From Candidatus Doudnabacteria bacterium (GTDB lineage Bacteria > Patescibacteriota > Doudnabacteria > UBA920), in the NCBI GenBank assembly GCA_041389225.1, contig JAWKSI010000001.1, forward strand, positions 51,821 through 115,820: DNA of 64,000 nt, read 5' to 3'. Of the stretch, positions 28,999-37,800 are shown piece by piece. Numbering within the stretch: position 1 is the stretch's first letter; each line of letters begins with the position of its first letter. Both the position numbers and the translations under genes were made by a program. A model generated the notes under the pieces. It was given only the letters and a program-made list of their open reading frames with translations, was not told the DNA's origin and made no database searches.

Positions 28999-29147
28999 CC
29001 GCCACGGATCTGTTTGCCACTTGTGGTAAATAGAACCATGGTAATGATAAGGTCTTCTCTATCCTGACCATTTTTATCCGCCGACTCTAAGAGGCGGAAT
29101 ATATAGCGGAAATGTCGGAGCTTTAGCTTCGGCCTTACTCTCCACCA
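28999..29147 (+). ncRNA. conserved structured element, copy A, ending in the duplicated tRNA 3' end
   Basis: Homologous to 31667-31811 with conserved blocks and compensatory hairpins. Confidence 0.6.
29133..29147 (+). repeat. attR-like copy of the tRNA-Ser(GCT) 3' end
   Basis: 14/15 identity with 11947-11961. Confidence 0.75.
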
Positions 29148-29160
29148 CCTCGTGCTAGCA

Positions 29161-29206
29161 CGAGACACCATAAAAACACCCACACGGGTGTTTTTATGGT
29201 GTCTCG
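29161..29206. terminator. perfect 21-bp inverted repeat, terminator-like
   Basis: CGAGACACCATAAAAACACCC-ACAC-GGGTGTTTTTATGGTGTCTCG. Confidence 0.6.
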
Positions 29207-29280
29207 AATATCTGAAAATTTAATATACAACCTACGCCCAAATTTTGTGCTAAAATATAGACAAAAGTGCTGATTTTACT

Positions 29281-29307
29281 TGTAACAAAACGTCTAACCA
29301 CAGCGTC
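29281..29307 (+). promoter_or_regulatory. ECF sigma-type autoregulatory promoter
   Basis: TGTAAC-N17-CGTC, 7 nt before the ATG of the ECF sigma gene; matches the SigX/SigW-type pattern. Confidence 0.65.
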
Positions 29308-29314
29308 TTAAACT

Positions 29315-29902
29315 ATGCTTAACCGTAAAGATCTGACAGATTCCATTCCACAAAATAAGCTATTAGCCCTTCTTACTCAAGCCCAAGCTGGCAAAGAAGA
29401 AGCTCTAGCCGATCTTTATGAAGCGTATTATCTCAAAATCTATCGCTTTATTTTTTATCGCGTTAGCCACAAAGAAACTGCCGAAGACTTAACCGAAGAC
29501 ACCTTCGTCAAGGCTTTCGCCAGCATCAAAAGACTTAAAGATAATCAAGCCTTCGAAGGCTGGCTCTACCGTATCGCTCGCAATTTGGTCATCGATTATT
29601 ACCGAGCCAAAAAACAATTAGTTCCACTCGACTCTCTCGAGAACACTCTCGAATACGATACCAATCTAGTTGAACTCATAAACCTCAAAGTCGAACAAAC
29701 CTTACTCATCAAGCTTCTTGACGAATTAACCGAAGAACAACAAACAGTTATCAAAATGAAGTTCGTCGAAGATTTGGACAACTCCACAATCGCAGCCGCG
29801 CTTAATAAATCAGAAGGTTCGATTAGAGTAATTTCACACCGAGCTATCGCTAAACTCAAAGATATCTTCAAGCAAAACTTTAAACCTAATACCAAAGACT
29901 AA
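29315..29902 (+). CDS. ECF RNA polymerase sigma factor
   Basis: AEDLTEDTFVKA, FEGWLYRIARNLVIDYYR, region 4 HTH. Confidence 0.95.
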   Translation: MLNRKDLTDSIPQNKLLALLTQAQAGKEEALADLYEAYYLKIYRFIFYRVSHKETAEDLTEDTFVKAFASIKRLKDNQAFEGWLYRIARNLVIDYYRAKKQLVPLDSLENTLEYDTNLVELINLKVEQTLLIKLLDELTEEQQTVIKMKFVEDLDNSTIAAALNKSEGSIRVISHRAIAKLKDIFKQNFKPNTKD

Positions 29903-29928
29903 CTCCTCTATAATATATAAGATAAAAG

Positions 29929-31173
29929 ATGAAAAAACTTTCTCCATACAATTTTAATAACTCGCAACCCAAACCTCTTTCGGAGTCAGCTTTTGAGTCT
30001 TCTTTTGAATCAATTATTATAGAACAATCCCTAGAACAAATTAGTCAAGGACAAGCACCGGCCACAATCCTTGCTCAATACCAAGACCAGCTTTCTTCAG
30101 AACAACACGCCGAGCTAGCAGATATACTCGATACAGTTAACCTCCTCACCTCGATCAAAACCAAAACCCCACCTACTCCACTCAAGCAACATAAATACGC
30201 CGAACTCAGAGCAAACAAATGGCGCTTTGCACAATTACTCAACTTTACCAAATACGCTGCTATTCCTTTGGTTCTCGCTATCGCATTCACCGGCAGTCGC
30301 AGCTTAATCTATGCAACCGATCAAAGTCTACCAGGAGAAACACTCTTCTCACTCAAGCGTGCTACCGAAAAAGCCCGAGTCAGCCTCACTTTTGACAAAG
30401 AACACGCAGCCCAACTCGAAGCCCAAATTACCCAAAAACGTTTAGAAGAAACCAAAAAAGTCTTAGCCGAATCAAACGACCCCGAACAAAAAGCTTTGGC
30501 TATCGCCGAACTCACAACCCAAACCCAAAAAGCTTTTGACTCAGCTGCGGACATAATTCCATCAGAAGCTCTCAAAGAAGGTGATTCTGATCTTCTCAAA
30601 ACTTTAGTTGCGATCAACAAAGAACAAAAAAATCTTAGCGCTACTTCTATCGAACTCGAAGATGCCGAATCACTAGCCAGCAGCACCAAAGAAAACGATA
30701 AAACCATTGCTAAACTAGTCGCTACAGTTAACGAACAATCTCTAGCTGACTTGCCTAACAAAGTTTCGGTCACGGGCGAAGTAACTTCCAAAAACTCATC
30801 TTACATCACAGTCGAATCTAATACTTTTAAACTCAACGATCAAACTACTCTTCTCAACTATGACGGCGAAGCTACTTCACTCGAAAACATTGAAGGAAAA
30901 ATTACCATCATAGGGACTTCCGAAAACAATCAACTCGTGGCCAAGAAAATCTTGATTACCGAAACACAAAACGCAGAACCACAAACAACTTCTACCAATC
31001 CAGAAGTTAAAGGCGCCAAAACACCATCTTATTACCCAAAACCACAGCCAAAAGCCACTACCCAAGAACCAGAAGATGAACCAACTATCGAACCAGAAGT
31101 AATTCTTCCTACCCAAAACGAAGCAACTGCAGGATTTATAGTAGAGCCAGCACAAAAACAATACGCTCCTTAA
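29929..31173 (+). CDS. DUF5667-like membrane protein, probable anti-sigma factor
   Basis: Single TM, SLPGETLFSLKRATE motif, follows ECF sigma. Confidence 0.75.
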   Translation: MKKLSPYNFNNSQPKPLSESAFESSFESIIIEQSLEQISQGQAPATILAQYQDQLSSEQHAELADILDTVNLLTSIKTKTPPTPLKQHKYAELRANKWRFAQLLNFTKYAAIPLVLAIAFTGSRSLIYATDQSLPGETLFSLKRATEKARVSLTFDKEHAAQLEAQITQKRLEETKKVLAESNDPEQKALAIAELTTQTQKAFDSAADIIPSEALKEGDSDLLKTLVAINKEQKNLSATSIELEDAESLASSTKENDKTIAKLVATVNEQSLADLPNKVSVTGEVTSKNSSYITVESNTFKLNDQTTLLNYDGEATSLENIEGKITIIGTSENNQLVAKKILITETQNAEPQTTSTNPEVKGAKTPSYYPKPQPKATTQEPEDEPTIEPEVILPTQNEATAGFIVEPAQKQYAP

Positions 31174-31358
31174 TCTTTTTTGGATGAACTGCCTACAAAG
31201 TTTTGTAGACAGTGATCCCGAAACGATAAACCGGGACAAACTCATGAGTTATCTTACTAAAGCTAACTCTCAATATAAGAAAAAACAGGTCAATTCTAGA
31301 GTGCGACCTGTTTTTTATTTTCCAAAAAGATGCTATAATAAGCGCAAGTTTGCAACCT

Positions 31359-31843
<485 letters not shown>

Positions 31844-31950
31844 ATAAAAGCTCGCAAACAAAATTTAGATTCAAGATATTTATAGAACAGCTCATGATCT
31901 ATAGCTACCTTTGATCTAACTTCAAAATCAAAAAATTAAAAACACAAAAA

Positions 31951-33103
31951 ATGAAAACTGAACAACGGCACTGGACCCAAAACCGTGGTTGGCAAAACCT
32001 CGGCTCCAGTCAACTAACCAAAGACCAAGCTCCTCAATTAGTATTGGTCTTTGGTGGTCGCAAAGTTTTGGAAGACCCAGCTCATTATCAAGAAATCAAA
32101 GACTTCTACCCAGAAGCTAATATTCTTATGTGCTCAACCGCTGGCGAAATCATAGATACAATGGTCTATGATGACTCACTCGCGCTCACAGCAATTCACT
32201 TTGAAAAAACTACTTTGCAAATTGCCAAAGCGGTAATCACCGATCAATCTGAAAGCGAAAGCAAGGGTCAAGAATTAGCCAACCAACTACCTAAAGATGG
32301 TTTGGTGCATGCGCTAATCTTCACTGACGGACTCAAAGTAAATGGAACCGCTTTAGTCAAAGGTTTAACTGATAATTTGCCAAAAGAAATTACAGTCACC
32401 GGTGGGATGGTTGGCGATGGAGCAAACTTCGAAAAAACTCTCATTGGTTTTAACCAAGAACCAGCAGAAGGTCAACTTATACTAATTGGTCTGTACGGGA
32501 GTGAACTTAGAGTTGGTCATGGGTCAATGGGAGGCTGGGATCCTTTTGGGCCAGAACGAACAATTACCAAATCTGAACACAATGTTTTGTACGAACTAGA
32601 CGGACAACCAGCTCTCGAACTTTACAAAAAGTATCTCGGCGACGAAGCCGCGGGACTTCCTAGCACTGGCCTACTCTTCCCTCTTAGTCTTAAAATCAAT
32701 ACCGATCAAGGTGAAGTAGAAGTTGTGAGAACCTTACTTTCAGTCGACGAAACCAACCAAAGCATGACCTTTGCCGGAGATATGCCAGAAGGAACTTCGG
32801 CAAAACTTATGAAAGCAACTTTGAACGTCTCATGATGGCGCTCAAGGCGCAGCCAAAATGAGTCTCGATAGCTCTAAATTAGAAGGTACAGAACTCGCTC
32901 TTTTGATTAGTTGTGTCGGCCGCAAGCTTGTCCTCAAAGAAAAAATCGAAGAAGAAGTCGAAGCAGTTCAATCTGCACTCGGTGGCCAAGCGGCGATCAC
33001 TGGTTTTTATTCATACGGTGAAATCTCACCAGTAACTGCTCTCAACCAACAGTGCCAACTCCACAACCAAACCATGACCGTTACTATTTTCAAAGAAGTA
33101 TAG
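31951..33103 (+). CDS. FIST (NosP-like) signal transduction protein (frameshift near 32820)
   Basis: CSTAGEI, TGGMVGDG..F, GGWDPFG, LYELDGQPALELYKKYLG; ISCVGRK, GFYSYGEI, LHNQTM in second ORF. Confidence 0.92.
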
Positions 33104-33106
33104 ACC

Positions 33107-33496
33107 ATGCACCCTACCCTGAAGAGACAACTTAAACATATCTACGGAGATCCAAAAAATACCCCTGCCAATCTCGAGGAACTAGTTAATGCTATCTCCG
33201 AAACCTACGAAGGTTTTGATAAGGATCGCAAAATGATCGAACGATCAATCGACATAAGTTCGCATGAACTTTCGGAAGCGAACCAAAAACTTAGACAAGA
33301 AAAAGCCAAAATTGAGCTGGAGGTTCAAAAGCGCACCGATGAATTAAGAAGAAAAGTCGAAGACCTAGAAAAATACGAAGAAATCACCACAGGTCGAGAA
33401 CTCAAAATGGTAGAACTCAAAGAACAGATTCGCAACCTAATCGAAGAAAACCAAAAACTCAAAGCTAACTCAAATAGCAACCAGACCACAATTTAG
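33107..33496 (+). CDS. small coiled-coil protein resembling N-terminal segments of FIST-associated kinases
   Basis: MHPTLKRQL...ISETY...IERSIDISSHEL; C-terminal GRELKMVELK. Confidence 0.7.
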   Translation: MHPTLKRQLKHIYGDPKNTPANLEELVNAISETYEGFDKDRKMIERSIDISSHELSEANQKLRQEKAKIELEVQKRTDELRRKVEDLEKYEEITTGRELKMVELKEQIRNLIEENQKLKANSNSNQTTI

Positions 33497-33501
33497 TTTA
33501 C

Positions 33502-34134
33502 ATGCTCAAGGTCAAACGCAAATCAATTCTGATAATTTCGATTACCTCAGTGATCTTACTCACTGGGGTTTTGGTATTTAAATACCAATCAAAAAATTTA
33601 CAACCATATTCGACTTTTGAGCAAGAACAACTAGATCCAATTTTACAAAATGAAATTGAGCCACTAATCCAACTTGCTCAAAATCCAATAATTCAAGAAG
33701 TTTTACAAAACTCCAACCAATCTCAAAATACCGAATTATACCCAGAGCAAATTTTGGCCTTAGATCAACACTGGAAAGAAACAGATCAATCCGATTCTTT
33801 TTTTGAAGAATTTTATACCAACCCCGCTGCAATCGAACTGCTCAAGTTTCAAGAGAATCATTATGGAATCCCAGAAATATTTTTGACCGGCCAAGCAGGA
33901 TTTATTATCGCTCAAACTAACAAAACTAGCGACTTCTACCAAGCTGATGAAGAATGGTGGCAAAAAGCATATAACCAAGGCCAAGGGCAAGCTTACTACG
34001 ATCAAATAGAATTTGACGAAAGCGCTCAATCGCAATCGATACCGATCCAAGTCCCGGTGTACGATTCAAACCACCAAGTGATTGGTGTGATCAAAGCAAT
34101 TTTTGACATAGTTAAAATTCAAACCTTACTGTAA
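33502..34134 (+). CDS. stand-alone extracytoplasmic Cache/PDC sensor protein
   Basis: N-terminal TM; EIFLT..G...TSDFYQADEEWWQKAY...FDESA...PVYD...IGVIKA. Confidence 0.8.
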   Translation: MLKVKRKSILIISITSVILLTGVLVFKYQSKNLQPYSTFEQEQLDPILQNEIEPLIQLAQNPIIQEVLQNSNQSQNTELYPEQILALDQHWKETDQSDSFFEEFYTNPAAIELLKFQENHYGIPEIFLTGQAGFIIAQTNKTSDFYQADEEWWQKAYNQGQGQAYYDQIEFDESAQSQSIPIQVPVYDSNHQVIGVIKAIFDIVKIQTLL

Positions 34135-34135
34135 G

Positions 34136-36385
34136 ATGTTAAATCCTCTCAAATCAGTTAGCGCCAAACTGACTTCTATACTTTTTATATTTATTTTGAT
34201 TATTTTGATAGTCGAAGTTTTTTCTATTTGGGGAATTAACAAACTCATTAAGTCAGAACAAAATATCACCGGAGTTCAACTCCCGATCGCCCAAACTAGT
34301 TCACAAGCTTTGATCGCGCTTAGAGAATCTAATTTGGCAATCACAAAAACTTTTTTACTTCAAAATATCGAACAACTCGATGAAGTAAGACTGCGAGAAG
34401 CGCAGTTCTCCAAAGCAGCGCTACGTTTTACAATGCTGAACAACGCTCTGCTTTATGGAAGCAAGTCACAAGAGTTTGAAAAAACTCAAGGCGGCATTCT
34501 CAAGAACGAATGGAAACTCTACACTGCAAACAACCCAGAACTAATTATTCCAAAAGTTACTGACCAACAAACCGCCATAGTCAAACAAACTCTAGAACAA
34601 TACAAGACTGTTGTCAGCAAAGCGCTGCAGATTTTTGCTTTGCAAAAAAAGGTCATCAGACTCACCTACCAAAATCAACCGTTAAGCCAAATCAAGTCCT
34701 CACAAAATGAGATTTCTGAATTATTTGTCCAAATTGATAATCTCGAAAATGAAATTACTCAAAACATGAACTTACTAGCAGAAATTAATCAAAACACAAC
34801 CTACCGGTTAATCGCCGAACAAGGATCGCGTTCGACAACTATTCAAGTAATCACAATAATTATTTCGTTCTTTGGTTTGATCACAATGCTTACTTTGGGT
34901 TTATATGCCATCAAAACATACATCACCAACCCAATCAAACTTTTGACCACTAACATTCGGAAAGTCTCCAGTGGTGATCTTACTACGCATGTTCCTGTGG
35001 TTTCGGAGGATGAACTTGGAGTACTCGCAAAATCCTTCAACTACATGACTGATAAACTTGCAGATTCTTATCAAAACTTAGAATCAAAAATTGCCGAAAA
35101 AACCAAAAAGCTCGCTACCGAAGTTGATATCTCAGATAAAGCTCGTCGAACTGCTTTGCACGTGATGGAAGATTTGCGAGAAGAAAAAGACAAACTCGAA
35201 AATTCCAAAACTGCAATGATGAATATTTTGGAAGATATTCAAGATGAAAAAAATCGTTTCAAAGACCAGGTAGTTGAAACGCAAAAGTTCCAGCTGGCTG
35301 TAGAAAGCGCCTCGGATCAAGTAATTATCTCTGACCCTGAAGGAATTATTTTGTATACCAACCCTGCAACCGAAAAAATCACAGGTTTTTCGCAAGATGA
35401 AATTATTGGTAAAAAAGTCGGAACCAAAGAACTTTGGGGTGGTCACATGAGTAGAGACTTCTACCAAGAATTATGGAGGACAATCAAAATTGAAAAGAAA
35501 GTTTTTGTAGGTGAAGTCAAAAATAAACGCAAGAGCCAAGAAGAATACATTTCGCAAGTAAGCATCTCCCCTGTTCTCGACCAAAAAGGAGAAGTGTTAT
35601 TCTTTGTCAGCATCGAACGCGACATCACCAAAGAAAAAATGGTTGACCAAGCCAAGACCGAATTTGTCTCTTTGGCATCCCATCAGCTCCGTACTCCCCT
35701 CACAGCCATAGGCTGGTATACCGAAATGTTGTTAGCTGGTGACGCTGGTAAAATTACAAAAAAACAAAAAGAATTTCTCGAAGAAGTTTATGCTGGCAAC
35801 AAACGCATGGTTGATCTAGTAAATGCTTTACTCAATGTCTCGCGTTTGGAGTTAGGGACAATAGCGGTTGAACCAGAACCAGCAAACATTATCGAAATCG
35901 CTCAAGGAGTAATCTCTGATCTCAAAGCAATCATATTAGAAAAACAAGACAAGATCGTCACTCACTTTGATCAAAATATCCCAATCACTCCCTTGGATAA
36001 AAAATTAGTCTATATGATATTTCAAAATTTACTGACCAATGCGATCAAATACAGTCCAGACAAATCAACAATTACAACTTCGATCCAAACTGATGAGACC
36101 AATATCAAGATTAGTGTCGCCGACCAAGGACTGGGGATTCCACAATCCCAGCAAGATAAAATATTTACAAAACTATTTAGAGCTGATAATGTAAAAGGGA
36201 CAGACACGACTGGTACAGGACTGGGTTTATATATTATCAAATCGATCTTGGATCATTCGGGTGGCACAATTAGATTTGAATCAATCCAAAATCAAGGCAC
36301 GACCTTTTTTGTTACGATTCCAAAATCAGGAATGAAAAAACAAGAAGGTAGCAAAACACTTAATGTTAAATCAAACTACTATTAA
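34136..36385 (+). CDS. HAMP-PAS sensor histidine kinase
   Basis: Two TMs, HAMP (DELGVLAKSFN), PAS, H-box SHQLRTPL, N/G boxes. Confidence 0.95.
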   Translation: MLNPLKSVSAKLTSILFIFILIILIVEVFSIWGINKLIKSEQNITGVQLPIAQTSSQALIALRESNLAITKTFLLQNIEQLDEVRLREAQFSKAALRFTMLNNALLYGSKSQEFEKTQGGILKNEWKLYTANNPELIIPKVTDQQTAIVKQTLEQYKTVVSKALQIFALQKKVIRLTYQNQPLSQIKSSQNEISELFVQIDNLENEITQNMNLLAEINQNTTYRLIAEQGSRSTTIQVITIIISFFGLITMLTLGLYAIKTYITNPIKLLTTNIRKVSSGDLTTHVPVVSEDELGVLAKSFNYMTDKLADSYQNLESKIAEKTKKLATEVDISDKARRTALHVMEDLREEKDKLENSKTAMMNILEDIQDEKNRFKDQVVETQKFQLAVESASDQVIISDPEGIILYTNPATEKITGFSQDEIIGKKVGTKELWGGHMSRDFYQELWRTIKIEKKVFVGEVKNKRKSQEEYISQVSISPVLDQKGEVLFFVSIERDITKEKMVDQAKTEFVSLASHQLRTPLTAIGWYTEMLLAGDAGKITKKQKEFLEEVYAGNKRMVDLVNALLNVSRLELGTIAVEPEPANIIEIAQGVISDLKAIILEKQDKIVTHFDQNIPITPLDKKLVYMIFQNLLTNAIKYSPDKSTITTSIQTDETNIKISVADQGLGIPQSQQDKIFTKLFRADNVKGTDTTGTGLGLYIIKSILDHSGGTIRFESIQNQGTTFFVTIPKSGMKKQEGSKTLNVKSNYY

Positions 36386-36394
36386 TCAATTACC

Positions 36395-36781
36395 ATGGCC
36401 GACACAAACAAAACAATCCTAATCGCAGAAGATGAACATCCACTTCGCACAGCAGTATCAACCAAACTAAACAAAGAAGGTTATACTGTTTTGGAAGCAC
36501 AAGATGGTGAAGAAGCTTTAGCTCTCGCTTTAGACAAGCACCCAGATCTAATCTTGCTTGATATTATGATGCCAAAACTAACTGGCATTGACGTTATTCA
36601 TAAACTCCGAGAAGATGACTGGGGTAAAACAGCCCAAATCATGCTTTTAACAAACCTCAACGACCAAGAAAAAGTTGCAGACTCAATGATCAATGGTGTT
36701 TATGCTTATCTAGTCAAAAGCGACTGGCGACTCGAAGATATTGTCGAAAAAATCAAACAAAAAATCGAAGAACTCAATTAG
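36395..36781 (+). CDS. single-domain response regulator
   Basis: ILIAEDE, LLDIMMP, LTN, YLVK. Confidence 0.95.
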   Translation: MADTNKTILIAEDEHPLRTAVSTKLNKEGYTVLEAQDGEEALALALDKHPDLILLDIMMPKLTGIDVIHKLREDDWGKTAQIMLLTNLNDQEKVADSMINGVYAYLVKSDWRLEDIVEKIKQKIEELN

Positions 36782-36785
36782 AACA

Positions 36786-36816
36786 AAGCCTCTCTTAGAA
36801 AAAGAGAGGCTTTTAT
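36786..36816 (+). terminator. intrinsic terminator
   Basis: AAAGCCTCTC-loop-GAGAGGCTTTT. Confidence 0.7.
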
Positions 36817-36879
36817 TATTTCCCTAATTTTAAACTTTTTGTAGTATAATATAGATAGAAGATTATTAAAGACAATATT

Positions 36880-37329
36880 ATGGACCAAAATAATCAAGCT
36901 CCGATGCAAAATGCAACCGAGCCAAATAGTCAGACTATTACACTTCAAATCCCCTACCCAGAACAGCCAAGTCGGGCTTGGGCTTTGGCAAGTTTGCTAT
37001 TTTTTGTTAAACCACTTTTACTAATCCCGCATATCGTAATTATGTACGTTCTTTCAATTTTTGCGGTCTTAAGTTACTTGGTATCTCAAATTTATGTTTT
37101 GTTTACTGGTCATTACCCACGAGCAATTTTTGAATTTATGAAAGGGATGACCCTATGGCAAATGCGGCTTAATTCCTTCATGCTTGGTCTTACCGATCAA
37201 TACCCAGAATTTAGTTTCGGGGAAGACAACCACAAAGGCGCCATGCTCACCATCAAGCGCTTCGCAATAGCAGTTGGTATTATTATCTTTCTAATTATTA
37301 TTCTGGCAATTTTTGGATCAAATGGCTAA
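36880..37329 (+). CDS. DUF4389-like membrane protein
   Basis: LLLIPH, LFTGHYP, LTDQYPEFS motifs. Confidence 0.75.
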   Translation: MDQNNQAPMQNATEPNSQTITLQIPYPEQPSRAWALASLLFFVKPLLLIPHIVIMYVLSIFAVLSYLVSQIYVLFTGHYPRAIFEFMKGMTLWQMRLNSFMLGLTDQYPEFSFGEDNHKGAMLTIKRFAIAVGIIIFLIIILAIFGSNG

Positions 37330-37795
37330 AAACTTTGACACAATCTTAGAGTGGCGAGCACCAGAGTTTAAGTATTATCAAAAGAACGCTGCCTGGTTTA
37401 TCACGCTATCGCTAATCACCGGCTTGATTATGGCCTACATGTTTATTGTCCATGATATTTTTGGTGCAATTAGTATGCTTATCTTAGCAATTTTTATTTG
37501 GCTATTTGCCTTACACAAACCTAACACTATTCAAATTGTCATTAGTGATATTGGAATTCATATCAACCAAACTATTTATCCTTACGAAAAGATTAAACAC
37601 TTTTGGGTTCTAAACACTCCCCAGCACCAAGCGCTTAATTTTGAAACTACAGCATACCTCAATCACATTCAAACAATAGAAATTAACCAAGAAGATCCAG
37701 AGCTTATCCGCGATGTTCTACTAGAATTGCTCCCTGAACATGCGGAAGTTGCACCTACTACCGCTCAACATATTTCTCATTATTTTAGGTTTTAA
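37313..37795 (+). CDS. conserved hypothetical membrane protein (two TM + PH-like domain)
   Basis: LEWRAPEF..YQKNAAW, YPYEKIKHFW; probable start ATG at 37322. Confidence 0.7.
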   Translation: MDQMAKNFDTILEWRAPEFKYYQKNAAWFITLSLITGLIMAYMFIVHDIFGAISMLILAIFIWLFALHKPNTIQIVISDIGIHINQTIYPYEKIKHFWVLNTPQHQALNFETTAYLNHIQTIEINQEDPELIRDVLLELLPEHAEVAPTTAQHISHYFRF

Positions 37796-37800
37796 GATTT

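Larger units (their letters stand above)
11962..29147. mobile_element. genomic island integrated at tRNA-Ser(GCT), with serine recombinase and defence cargo
   Basis: CCTTACTCTCCGCCA (11947-11961) repeated as CCTTACTCTCCACCA (29133-29147); recombinase near left end; accessory genes throughout. Confidence 0.8.

Noticed and set aside
29055-29115. Hammerhead or HDV-like (theta) ribozyme in the tRNA-linked element
   Set aside because: CTGAC(T)CA lacks the CUGANGA core, and I could not build the nested double pseudoknot by eye; an Infernal search would settle it.
28959-29183. 74-aa minus-strand ORF, and ORFs at 31193-31737
   Set aside because: They overlap the structured element or the tRNA antisense; indels between the two element copies break the frame.
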